Below, one piece after another: positions 55,915 through 64,000 of a stretch of 64,000 nucleotides of DNA. The position numbers and the translations under genes were made by a program. The DNA is from Clostridia bacterium. GTDB lineage: Bacteria; Bacillota; Clostridia; UBA1381. Positions within the stretch are counted from its first letter, which is position 1. Each line of letters starts with the position of its first letter. The DNA is taken from positions 17,436-81,435 of the forward strand of contig JAGBHE010000026.1 in NCBI GenBank assembly GCA_017935675.1, written 5' to 3'. The notes under the pieces were generated by a model that worked only from the letters and a program-made list of their open reading frames with translations, searched no databases and had not been told where the DNA came from.

Positions 55915-57870
55915 TTGAAAAGTATGTGGATGTGGTATTATGGTGATTTTGAAATGTATCATTCGCAGAGGGTGCATTTAAGAAGAATGGAAAGAGATGT
56001 ATGTTTTCCTGCGTTCTGGAAGCTGCCTGAGGCATATACTAATGTAATGTTCAAAAAAAATTTTACGCTTGAAGAAACTGAGGTTTTCAGAGTTACTGCA
56101 AAAGGCGTGGGATTTGTTAAGGTAAATAACAAAAAGTATAGTTTTGATAAGGATATTGAACTTACAAAGGGTGAATATGAAATAATTATTGCTGTCAGCA
56201 ATCTGAACGGTTTACCTTGTGCGTACGTTGAAGGGAAAACAATTGTCAGTAACAATACATGGCTTTCGGATTGTTATGACTACAGATGGACTCCGGCAGG
56301 CACTAATGAAAAGTATTCTGATAAATCAGATGACCCGAATGTTTTTAAATTTTCTTATAGGGAATTAATCCCTGTTTCGGTAAAAAAGATTAACGGCGGA
56401 GTGTTATATGATTATGGTGAGGAAACCTTTGCAAGGTTAAAGTTTAATAAAATCGGAGCAGGGTATGTATTTTACGGTGAAACAGAACAGGAAGCGCTTG
56501 ATACTGAAAACAGCTATACTTATCATTGCCTGACAGAGGAGGATGAGGGAATATTAAAAGAAGGGAAAGCCTTCAGGTATGTCTTTATTCCGGAATCAAA
56601 AAATGCAGATGTTGATTTTACTGCATATTATGAATATATTCCGCATACGAAAAAGGGTGAATTTAAATGCTCTGATGAGGAACTTACAAAAATATGGGAG
56701 GTTGCTGCACACACATTTGAATTAAACAGCAGAGAGTTTTATCTTGACGGGATAAAACGCGACAGATGGGTTTGGTCCGGGGATTCATATCAGAGTTATT
56801 TTATTAACAGATATTTGTTTTTTGATGAGGATATAGTAAGGAGAACTATCACGTGCCTCGGTTCAAAGGGTGAGATAAAGCTGCACATTAATACCATTAT
56901 GGATTATACCTTTTACTGGATAATGAGTATATACGACTATTATGAAATGACAGGTGATATTGAATTTGTCAGAAATATTTATCCGAGAGTGAAAGCATAT
57001 ATGAATTTCATTATGTCAAGATTAGATGAGAACGGATTTGCATCAAAGCAAGATAATGATTGGATTTTTATAGATTGGGCAGATATTGATAAGGAAGGCG
57101 CGGTTTGTGCAGAACAAATGCTTCTGATGAGGTGCATTGAGAGCTATATAAGAATATTAAATGTATTGGGCGAGAAGTGCGGTGAATATAAGGAAAAGTT
57201 CCTTGATTTAAAGGAAAAAGTAAATTTATATTTCTGGAATGAAGAAAAGGGAGCGTTTATTGACAGCTTTAAATCGGGAAAAAATAATGTTTCGCGCCAT
57301 GCGAATATATTTGCTCTTTTATTTGGCTATGCTGCAGAAGACAGGAGAAAAAAAATAATCGAAAATGTAATTTTAAATGATGAAGTTGAGCAAATAAAAA
57401 CTCCGTACTTTAAATTTTATGAGCTTGAAGCATTATGTAATGTTGAGCGGTATGATGAAGTTATAAAAAGAATGAAAGAATATTGGGGTGCGATGCTGAA
57501 AATAGGCGCAACATCCTTTTGGGAAGAATTTGATGTGAATCGTCCGTGGCAGGAACAGCTTGGAAATTACAATCTGAAATATGCAATGAGCTTGTGTCAT
57601 GCATGGGGGTCAAGCCCGATATACCTGATAGGCAGGTACATATTAGGAATAAGGCCTACGGGAATTGGTTATGAAACATTTGAGGTTAAACCTGTTATTG
57701 ATTGCTTTGAAGATTTGGAAGCAAAAATACCAATCAAGAACGGTTTTGTAAGTATTGCTAAACATAACAATGTTGCGGAGATATTATCTGATCGTGACGG
57801 AGGAACATTGATTAACAGAGGTTGTGTTTATCAAATCAAGAGGAATGAACCTGTTATATTAAAGCTTTAG
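55915..57870 (+). CDS. GH78-like six-hairpin glycosidase (putative alpha-L-rhamnosidase), cytoplasmic
   Basis: DGIKRDRWVWSGDSYQS, ATSFWEEFD and SLCHAWGSSPIYL resemble the Bac_rhamnosid6H catalytic domain. Start is TTG 55915 (6 nt after GGAGGG) or ATG 55924. It is shorter than classical GH78 enzymes. Confidence 0.55.
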   Translation: MKSMWMWYYGDFEMYHSQRVHLRRMERDVCFPAFWKLPEAYTNVMFKKNFTLEETEVFRVTAKGVGFVKVNNKKYSFDKDIELTKGEYEIIIAVSNLNGLPCAYVEGKTIVSNNTWLSDCYDYRWTPAGTNEKYSDKSDDPNVFKFSYRELIPVSVKKINGGVLYDYGEETFARLKFNKIGAGYVFYGETEQEALDTENSYTYHCLTEEDEGILKEGKAFRYVFIPESKNADVDFTAYYEYIPHTKKGEFKCSDEELTKIWEVAAHTFELNSREFYLDGIKRDRWVWSGDSYQSYFINRYLFFDEDIVRRTITCLGSKGEIKLHINTIMDYTFYWIMSIYDYYEMTGDIEFVRNIYPRVKAYMNFIMSRLDENGFASKQDNDWIFIDWADIDKEGAVCAEQMLLMRCIESYIRILNVLGEKCGEYKEKFLDLKEKVNLYFWNEEKGAFIDSFKSGKNNVSRHANIFALLFGYAAEDRRKKIIENVILNDEVEQIKTPYFKFYELEALCNVERYDEVIKRMKEYWGAMLKIGATSFWEEFDVNRPWQEQLGNYNLKYAMSLCHAWGSSPIYLIGRYILGIRPTGIGYETFEVKPVIDCFEDLEAKIPIKNGFVSIAKHNNVAEILSDRDGGTLINRGCVYQIKRNEPVILKL

Positions 57871-57995
57871 AATGATTTTTATACTGATAAATGAAATTCT
57901 TTTCTGTATTTATTATGAAATAAGGTTAGTTGACTATATATTAGGACGGCTGACCTTTTTGTATGCGGAAATATTTTTTTTCGTGTCCTGCAATC

Positions 57996-58029
57996 AAAAA
58001 CACAGGAGAACCGTCCCCGTGTGTTTTTT
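57996..58029 (-). terminator. Variant of the palindromic hairpin element flanked by an A-run and a T-run: likely bidirectional terminator closing locus B
   Basis: aaaaacacaggagaaccgtccccgtgtgtttttt. Confidence 0.6.
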
Positions 58030-58079
58030 GGCCGGAAAAGTGAGGTATTGAACAGTTTTTTATGCAATAAAAAAACTGA

Positions 58080-58145
58080 CAGCAAAAATATCGGTTTATA
58101 TGAAAGTGAGGTTAATAAACCGGATATTTTTGCTGAGCAGCTAAC
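58080..58145. other. Long (about 20-bp arm) hairpin in the convergent intergenic region
   Basis: cagcaaaaatatcggtttat ... ataaaccggatatttttgctg, with a one-nt bulge. It is preceded by a second AT-rich hairpin at 58053-58078. Confidence 0.5.
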
Positions 58146-58446
58146 AAATATGAAATCTTTCCCGGCAACAAAGGATTGATTACAATATTATTATAGCTTA
58201 ATTTATCTTAAATGTAAATATTGATTTACAACTCGGTTGAAAATCGCCGCAAAACGGTCAACAATTAAAATTTTTTTAGATACTTCGCTGTAATTCTATC
58301 ACTTCACATCGCCTAAATAATGTGCTTTTTAGATAATAATGATGGAATTTTATCCCTTGAAAAAATATATTTTTATTGTTTATTAAATTCAATTTCGGCA
58401 GTGCTTAACAAAACAGGGAGAACTGCCGCCGCTCTTCTATGTTCCG

Positions 58447-58483
58447 GAGCGAACACAAGAGAACCGTCCCCTTGTGTTCGCTC
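58447..58483 (-). repeat. Palindromic hairpin element with extended stem, directly downstream of the minus-strand membrane-protein gene
   Basis: ggagcgaacacaagagaaccgtccccttgtgttcgctc. Confidence 0.85.
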
Positions 58484-58490
58484 TATAAAT

Positions 58491-59057
58491 TTATACGGAA
58501 ATTTGTTTACGTGCAGCAATGTCTTTTCTGTAAAGCAATTTAAATAGTGTACGCACAAAAGGCTGTATGAAAAAAAGCTGTGTGAAGAACGCAAACGGGA
58601 AATTAAAGCAGACAAGCTTAAACCAGTTTGCAAGCAGCGTTATTATATTAAAGCCCGTGTAATACGGATAATACAAAAATGCCGCAATAAAACTCATTGA
58701 CGGACACATCAAACCCACCGTTGCACAGATTATTGTCGTTTCAAAGAGCACGGGATGAGTGGTTTGCGGTTCAAATACTTTGCACGCAAGCTTAAATGAA
58801 CACGGACTGCCCATAAATATTTCAAGGCAGTACGCAAGGCAGAATTCAATTACAATTACCGTCCATATCGGCAGGTATGTACCGAGCATATAAACCCCGC
58901 CCTGCCTGTTGATTGCGTCCAGAACACTGTTTGTATTGTTAAGTGACATTAACAGGCTCCCGTTTACCGCATACAGGCTGTACAAAACATAGGCATGAAC
59001 GGTAATAATGACTGTAAGCAATGCAAAAATACATCTTTGGAATTGGTTTCTTGGCAT
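58491..59057 (-). CDS. Integral membrane protein, DUF2798-like
   Basis: 188 aa from MPRNQFQRCIFALLTVIITVHAYV.., with RBS AGGAGG. Four or more TM helices, and a C-terminal NFPFAFFTQLFFIQPFVRTLFKLL that resembles DUF2798. The family call is from memory. Confidence 0.45.
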   Translation of the reverse strand: MPRNQFQRCIFALLTVIITVHAYVLYSLYAVNGSLLMSLNNTNSVLDAINRQGGVYMLGTYLPIWTVIVIEFCLAYCLEIFMGSPCSFKLACKVFEPQTTHPVLFETTIICATVGLMCPSMSFIAAFLYYPYYTGFNIITLLANWFKLVCFNFPFAFFTQLFFIQPFVRTLFKLLYRKDIAARKQISV

Positions 59058-59078
59058 AAAAAATCCTCCTTTAAACGC

Positions 59079-59156
59079 AAAAAAATACACATGATAATAC
59101 CTGCTGATAAAAATCGTGCCGTAATCAGATTTACATACCAAAGGTATAACATGTGT
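59079..59156 (-). promoter_or_regulatory. Terminator-like hairpin plus U-tract inside the 5' leader of the DUF2798-like gene (candidate attenuator)
   Basis: On the minus strand, acacatgttatacct ...(39 nt with an inner ctgat/atcag stem)... aggtattatcatgtgt is followed by ATTTTTTT, and then the RBS 9 nt later. Confidence 0.5.
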
Positions 59157-59199
59157 CGTTTGCGAATTATTAAATTATATGTGTGAAAACCACTGTTAC

Positions 59200-59228
59200 A
59201 TAATAACACATATTGAGGATTATGTCAA
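59200..59228 (-). promoter_or_regulatory. Candidate sigma-A promoter
   Basis: On the minus strand: TTGACA, a 17-nt spacer, then TATTAT. It lies between the phosphatase stop codon and the leader hairpin. Confidence 0.5.
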
Positions 59229-59266
59229 GAGCGTCATAACAGATTTTATGCAATATGCGCACAGCT

Positions 59267-59737
59267 TTAAAAAGAATTCTGCTGCCGAAGCTTCTTTTTT
59301 ATTTCTGACATCAAAGCGGCGCAGCCGAGGGTGACGTCCTCATAGGTTCGGTTGAAATCGTGGGTGTACCACGGGTCGCTGATATCCCTGCCGAGCTCGG
59401 CAAATTCAAGGAGGCGGTGTATTTTACGGCTGTCACCGAGGATTTTTTTCATATTTGATATATTGGCACTGTCCATACCGATAAAATAATCATATTTTGG
59501 CAGGTCGCTTTTTTCAAGTCTTACTGCTGCCCGGGATTCAAAAGGTATACCGTGCTCTGTCAGTACCTTTTGTGTTCCCCTGTGAATGTCACAGCCTATT
59601 GCTTCAAGGCTCGTCGCCGCAGAAGCTGCAAAAATTTTATCCGATAAATTCTCCTTTTCCGCCATAGCCTTCATAACAAATTCACACATAGGACTTCTGC
59701 AAATATTGCCGTGGCAGACGAATAATATTCTTATCAT
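59267..59737 (-). CDS. Low-molecular-weight protein tyrosine/arginine phosphatase
   Basis: P-loop ILFVCHGNICRSPM (CX5R-S); 156 aa. Confidence 0.88.
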   Translation of the reverse strand: MIRILFVCHGNICRSPMCEFVMKAMAEKENLSDKIFAASAATSLEAIGCDIHRGTQKVLTEHGIPFESRAAVRLEKSDLPKYDYFIGMDSANISNMKKILGDSRKIHRLLEFAELGRDISDPWYTHDFNRTYEDVTLGCAALMSEIKKKLRQQNSF

Positions 59738-59775
59738 TTTTTAAATCCTCCCGTTAAATGACTGACAAATTGCAG

Positions 59776-60714
59776 CTATCTGCTTTTAAATTCAATGTCG
59801 CCGAGTGTTTCTGTTTCTCCGCTGCGCTTAATAAGGAGAACTGAGAAGCTGTGTCCTGCGATTTTAAAACCGGTTTCCTCACAGAGGCTTTTTGTCCCTT
59901 GTGAGCCGAGAACGTAAAAGGCGGTAGATAGCGCGTCTGCTGCTGCTCCGCATTCCGAAACTACCGTAACGGAGGCAAGGTCGGTCTTAGCCGGGTACCC
60001 TGTTTTCGGATCGATTATATGCTCATATGTGATTCCCTCTTCCTCGAAGCGGCGTTCATAGCCGCCGGAGGTTACAACGGCGCAGTCATTGGCGCTTATA
60101 TAGCCGACATAGTCTGACCTTCCCGACGGATCCTTCACCCCGATATTCCACGGGCTTCCGTCCGGCTTCACGCCAACAGTCTGAATATTTCCTCCGAGGG
60201 AAATGATAGCAGAGGTGACATTGCGCTCTTTTAAAAGCTTTTTTATATTATCACCTGTATATCCTTTTGCAATTCCTCCGAAATCAACAGAAAAGCCCTC
60301 CGGAAGTGATATATGTCCTCCGTCGGTATTTATGCGGGTGTAGTCTACGTATTTCAGCTTTTCCTCTATCTCGTTTTGCTCGGGAACGCGGAAGCTGTTG
60401 TTCCAGAACCCCCACAGGTCGCACACTGGTGAAACCGTTATATCAAACGCACCGGAGACAGCCTTGCTTATTTCACAAGCAAAAGTCGCAAGAGAGGCTG
60501 TTTCTTCATTATTTAAATCAAGACTATCCTTTTTGAAAAGGTTGTCCGCTCTGTATATTTCTTTTCTGACTGCTTTAGCATCCTCATTCGTCCCCGAAAG
60601 GCTGATGCTCATAAAGGTATCCATTGCAAACATATCATCATGAACCTGCTGCCCCTGACCGCAGGAGCATAACACAGCAGTCAAAAAACACAGCAGAAGC
60701 TTTTTTGTTTTCAT
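59776..60714 (-). CDS. apbE: FAD:protein FMN transferase (ApbE family) lipoprotein
   Basis: Lipobox AVLCSCG, the ApbE motif FGGIAKGY, and size 312 aa. It overlaps the upstream gene by 4 nt. Confidence 0.8.
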   Translation of the reverse strand: MKTKKLLLCFLTAVLCSCGQGQQVHDDMFAMDTFMSISLSGTNEDAKAVRKEIYRADNLFKKDSLDLNNEETASLATFACEISKAVSGAFDITVSPVCDLWGFWNNSFRVPEQNEIEEKLKYVDYTRINTDGGHISLPEGFSVDFGGIAKGYTGDNIKKLLKERNVTSAIISLGGNIQTVGVKPDGSPWNIGVKDPSGRSDYVGYISANDCAVVTSGGYERRFEEEGITYEHIIDPKTGYPAKTDLASVTVVSECGAAADALSTAFYVLGSQGTKSLCEETGFKIAGHSFSVLLIKRSGETETLGDIEFKSR

Positions 60715-61232
60715 TTGCCCTCCTTAAGACCGTGAAACAGTGAGGAAATGTATTTATTTCTCACACAGTATGATGCCGCAAGACCTGTAAACAATCCGGC
60801 GGCAATTCCAACTGACAGGAGCACCGGGAAATATATGAATACCGAGGTGCTTTTTAAAATAACCGCTGCGGCACAAAGCTGGGCGGCGTTATGGCATACC
60901 GCTCCGCAAATTCCGATAAGGGGAATATTTTTTTTCCCTGTTAACGCACACAGCACAGACATAATAAAAAAGCTGAAAAGACCTCCGGCAAGGCTGTACA
61001 GAATTGCTATGCCGGAGGCACAGATAACCGAGGAAAGCACAATCCGTATAAGCAGGACGGAAAGGCTGCCCTGCCGCGTCCACAAAACAAGGGTTATCAG
61101 AGTTATTATGTTGGAAAGACCGAGCCTGAAGCCGTATATCGGTACAGGAACCGGTATCTGATTTTCAATGATGAAAATAGTAAGGGCGGCGGCTGTTAAA
61201 ACCGCGCCCGTTGTTATTTCCCTTACCTTCAA
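60711..61232 (-). CDS. Gx transporter family membrane protein (heptaprenyl diphosphate synthase component I-like)
   Basis: 173 aa with 5 TM helices. LTAAALTIFIIENQIPVPVPIYGFRLGLSNIITLI is typical of this family. TTG start after GGGGGGA. Confidence 0.6.
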   Translation of the reverse strand: MKVREITTGAVLTAAALTIFIIENQIPVPVPIYGFRLGLSNIITLITLVLWTRQGSLSVLLIRIVLSSVICASGIAILYSLAGGLFSFFIMSVLCALTGKKNIPLIGICGAVCHNAAQLCAAAVILKSTSVFIYFPVLLSVGIAAGLFTGLAASYCVRNKYISSLFHGLKEGK

Positions 61233-61262
61233 GTTTTTTTCCCCCCGAATCTGAACTTAATA

Positions 61263-62684
61263 CTACGCAAGCTCCAGAGAAAAGGTAAACTTCGTATATT
61301 TTACGGAGCTTCCCTCCTTTGCCTCATGGCTGTCTACCCATATGCTCTGCTGATGCAGCACCATAATATTTTTAACAAACGAAAGCCCAAGCCCGGCGCC
61401 GCCTGTATGGCTCGTCCGCGACTTATCGGTTTTATAAAACCTGTCAAATACATGCGGCAGTTCGGATTTTTCAATACCCTCTCCGAAATTCCCGACGCTG
61501 AAATACGACTTTTTATGGTCTGACCATATTTTAATATCAATATTCGTGTTCGGATAGCTGAACTTTATTGCATTATCAACAAGATTGATAAGAACCCTCT
61601 GGATCGCGTCACGGTCAGCACATACCATAAGTGATTCTTTTGAAAAATCAACATCCAGATCAAGCTGCTTTTCATTGATTTTCTGCTCAAGCCCGATTAT
61701 GCATATTCTCACAAGCTCCACAAAATCAAATTCCGAAACGTTCAGCTTGTATTCACTGCTTGACATTTTACTCATTTCAAGCATATCGGTTACAAGTTTT
61801 TTAAGACGATTTGACTCGTCAAGAACGATTTTCAGATAATCCTCCTGTTTTTCCGGTGGTATTGTGCCGTCAAGTATTCCGCCGACAAAGCCGGCTATGC
61901 TTGTCATAGGAGTCCGCAGCTCATGGGAAATGTCGCTGACAAACCTTGAGCGCATATCCTCAAGCTTTTCAAGAGAGTCCGCCATAAAGTTAAACGAAGA
62001 GGCAAGCTGACATATTTCATCACGCCCCGTAACGGTTATTCTTTCGCCGAAATTTCCGGCAGCAATATCAAGGGCAGCTTCGTTTATTTTGTTAATCGGT
62101 ATTGAGATTTTAGCCGACTGTCTGTAAATAAGTGCAAATGCCACTATGATTGAAATTGTTGTGGCGAGCAAAAACCAGAACATCAGGCCGCCGACCATTT
62201 TTGTAAGAGTAGGCATAAGAGTATTGATATACATACCGCCTATTTTGTTGCCGTAGTATTCTATGGGGATTGCAACAGTAAACACCTTACCGCTGTAAGC
62301 GCCGCCGAAATGACCTGCCACCCTGATAATTTCACCGTCTTTTACAGAGCTGACATATTCCTCCGGTATGGATTCAATTCCATCGGCTGTGCTTTCAATC
62401 ACCGTTCCGTCAAGGTTTGCAACCACAATATCAGCGTCAAGAAATTCCGCCCAGTTATCAAGGGTTTCTTTATAAAAATTTCTTGATCTGATATTATTGT
62501 TTTCCACCTGGAGATAGCCTGTCCAGTAATTAATGGTTTTTGAGACCTTAAGCGCCATTTCGTACTGCCTGTCGCAGACGTAGTTGTTTATAAAAACAGA
62601 CAGCGCTGCGGAAACGGACAGAAATACGACAAGCAGCACCAAGATGTTTGTCCAGAAAAGTCTTTCAAAAATACTTTTGAACAT
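61263..62684 (-). CDS. Sensor histidine kinase (HAMP, HisKA, HATPase_c)
   Basis: H-box SHELRTPMTSI, G-box GGAGLGLSFVKNI, and two TM segments. The start overlaps the response-regulator stop codon (TAATG). Confidence 0.9.
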   Translation of the reverse strand: MFKSIFERLFWTNILVLLVVFLSVSAALSVFINNYVCDRQYEMALKVSKTINYWTGYLQVENNNIRSRNFYKETLDNWAEFLDADIVVANLDGTVIESTADGIESIPEEYVSSVKDGEIIRVAGHFGGAYSGKVFTVAIPIEYYGNKIGGMYINTLMPTLTKMVGGLMFWFLLATTISIIVAFALIYRQSAKISIPINKINEAALDIAAGNFGERITVTGRDEICQLASSFNFMADSLEKLEDMRSRFVSDISHELRTPMTSIAGFVGGILDGTIPPEKQEDYLKIVLDESNRLKKLVTDMLEMSKMSSSEYKLNVSEFDFVELVRICIIGLEQKINEKQLDLDVDFSKESLMVCADRDAIQRVLINLVDNAIKFSYPNTNIDIKIWSDHKKSYFSVGNFGEGIEKSELPHVFDRFYKTDKSRTSHTGGAGLGLSFVKNIMVLHQQSIWVDSHEAKEGSSVKYTKFTFSLELA

Positions 62685-63370
62685 TATCTTACCTCAAACT
62701 TATATCCGACTCCCCATACTGTTTTGAGCTGCCAGTTACCCTCAACGCCTTCAAGCTTTTCGCGGAGTCTTTTTATATGAACGTCAACGGTTCTTGAATC
62801 TCCGAAATAATCAAAGCCCCATACTTCTTCAAGCAGCTGTTCTCTGGTGAAAACCCTGTTCGGGTTTGAAGCAAGGAAATAAAGAAGCTCCAGCTCTTTC
62901 GGCGGAATTTCAACAATGTTTCCGGAAATTTTCAGCTCATAATTGGAAAGATTGATTGAAAGATTCGGGAAAACAATCTCCTTCATCGCCTGTGTATCCT
63001 TTGATTCAAACCTTCTGAGCACAGCCTTCACTCTGGCAATAAGCTCTTTAGGCTCAAAGGGCTTTACAATATAATCATCTGCGCCGAGCTCCAGGCCGAG
63101 AACCTTATCAAAGGTCTCACCTTTTGCGGTAAGCATAATGATCGGTATATTGCTTATGCGCCTTATTTCACGGCACACCTGCCAGCCGTCCATTTCCGGC
63201 ATCATAACATCAAGAATTACAATTGACGGAGCCTCCTCTTTGAAAAGCTGCAGCGCCTTGTTTCCGTTTGGAGCCACGTTTGTTTTAAATCCTTCTTTTT
63301 CTAAGTACAGCTTTATAAGCTCAGCGATATGTGCGTCATCATCAACTATCAGTACCTTATTATTTGCCAT
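62684..63370 (-). CDS. OmpR-family response regulator
   Basis: VLIVDDD, LDVMMPEMDG, and winged-helix C-terminus TVWGVGYKF. Confidence 0.92.
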   Translation of the reverse strand: MANNKVLIVDDDAHIAELIKLYLEKEGFKTNVAPNGNKALQLFKEEAPSIVILDVMMPEMDGWQVCREIRRISNIPIIMLTAKGETFDKVLGLELGADDYIVKPFEPKELIARVKAVLRRFESKDTQAMKEIVFPNLSINLSNYELKISGNIVEIPPKELELLYFLASNPNRVFTREQLLEEVWGFDYFGDSRTVDVHIKRLREKLEGVEGNWQLKTVWGVGYKFEVR

Positions 63371-63565
63371 GGTATTTTCCTCCTTAACTTTTCTGCCGAT
63401 ACAGTACGGCTTTTGTAAGCAGCACAGTTTTTAATAATAATATTATTATAACATAAAAATGTAAAATAATAAATAGGCTTGATGATTTTTTTATAATATT
63501 ATATAATAAAATTAATAGAAAATTCATAAACTCAGTGAGTTTTATGTCAAAACTATATGTTTCGG

Positions 63566-64000
63566 TTATCTTTCCGCTGAGCCGGCTTTTCTTTCATATG
63601 CCAGCAGAAAAAGAATGACGATAATGGTAATACATATAACAGCGTGGAGAGACGCCATCACAAAGGCTGTGCTTAATGCATAGCTTTTTTCTGCAAAAAC
63701 AGGTGTGTATGAGGTGAGCTTTATAAGAATAACCGTGATTGCGCCCGAAAAAAGCCCGTGCATTACCTTACCGAGAAAATACGGCTTCATGCTCAGGTGA
63801 TATTTTGCGGCAACGGCAAGCACCTGCATGTGTACGCTTAAGCCTGCAAAGCCCGTAACAATCGATGACATGACGAGACGGACGGGTATGGGTGCTCCGG
63901 AGGCGGCAATGAAAACGTTTCCGCTTGAAAACTCAAACAGTCCGTACACAACAGGCGGCACCTCAAACGGAACAAGACCGAGGAAAAGCCGTGACGCTAC
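63566..64000 (-). CDS. ylbJ: C-terminal part of a YlbJ-like sporulation integral membrane protein (5' end lies beyond the window)
   Basis: The frame stays open to base 64000. ..GLFEFSSGN..VTGFAGLSVHMQVLAVAAKYHLSMKPYFLGKVMHGLFSG.. resembles the YlbJ/nucleoside-recognition C-terminus. Confidence 0.55.
   Translation of the reverse strand, partial: VASRLFLGLVPFEVPPVVYGLFEFSSGNVFIAASGAPIPVRLVMSSIVTGFAGLSVHMQVLAVAAKYHLSMKPYFLGKVMHGLFSGAITVILIKLTSYTPVFAEKSYALSTAFVMASLHAVICITIIVILFLLAYERKAGSAER

Noticed and set aside
1-57870. Absence of any ABC transporter ATPase gene next to the two permease pairs
   Set aside because: This is not anomalous. CUT1-type sugar ABC systems of Firmicutes commonly share a distantly encoded MsmK/MsmX-type ATPase.
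58320-58633. Overlapping small ORFs (75 aa on +, 86 aa on -) in the convergent intergenic zone
   Set aside because: Both run through the palindromic hairpin, giving the ..EPSPCV.. / ..RTQGDGSLV.. type artefact peptides. They are AT-rich, have no RBS, and have low coding plausibility.
1-64000. Search for CRISPR arrays, tRNA/rRNA genes, DGR (template/variable repeat plus RT), integrases and known defence genes
   Set aside because: I found none by eye. The only repeats are those listed (direct repeat, hairpin family, 116-nt element), and none has the regular repeat-spacer periodicity of a CRISPR array.

Overview
AT-rich (about 40% GC by eye) chromosome segment of Firmicutes/Clostridia type. This assignment is inferred from SLH cell-wall anchors, LplABC-like sugar ABC systems, YesMN-like regulators and a ylbJ-like sporulation gene. 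Bases 1-57870 form one carbohydrate-utilisation super-cluster, all on the + strand except one small XRE gene. It consists of three adjacent Gram-positive PUL-like loci. Locus 0 (1-9779) holds the tail of an SLH surface protein, a lipoprotein SBP, a GH88/GH105 unsaturated-uronyl hydrolase, a PL8 lyase, an esterase and a FAD oxidoreductase. Locus A (10299-31015) holds an SBP, a membrane-spanning AraC one-component regulator, a 2042-aa SLH-anchored heparinase II/III-like protein, a 730-aa secreted protein, a cytoplasmic GH20-like enzyme, an N-terminal-SLH protein, a second SBP and two permeases. Locus B (32102-57870) holds an AraC-output response regulator with a YesM-type kinase, two permeases and an SBP. 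It also holds five secreted proteins of 862-1318 aa (GH30-like, N-terminal-SLH, LamG plus heparinase-like, cadherin-like plus SLH, one unknown), then a cytoplasmic GH29 fucosidase and a GH78-like enzyme. The right end (58491-64000, minus strand) looks like core genome: a DUF2798-like membrane protein, LMW phosphatase, ApbE, Gx transporter, an OmpR/HisKA two-component pair and a partial ylbJ-like gene. The loci are separated by repeat structure. A 298-bp near-identical direct repeat, made of the 3' end of the FAD-oxidoreductase gene plus its terminator and a hairpin, brackets locus A together with an IS30 remnant. A 28-29-nt palindromic hairpin occurs six times at locus boundaries. A 116-nt three-hairpin element occurs twice, each time between a surface/binding-protein gene and a cytoplasmic glycosidase gene. 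I saw no rRNA, tRNA, CRISPR array, intact transposase or recognisable defence system. The substrate of the super-cluster and the function of most of its large secreted proteins cannot be assigned from sequence. That gap, plus the recombination scars, is the most interesting content. All family calls come from motif recognition by eye and need HMM or structure confirmation.
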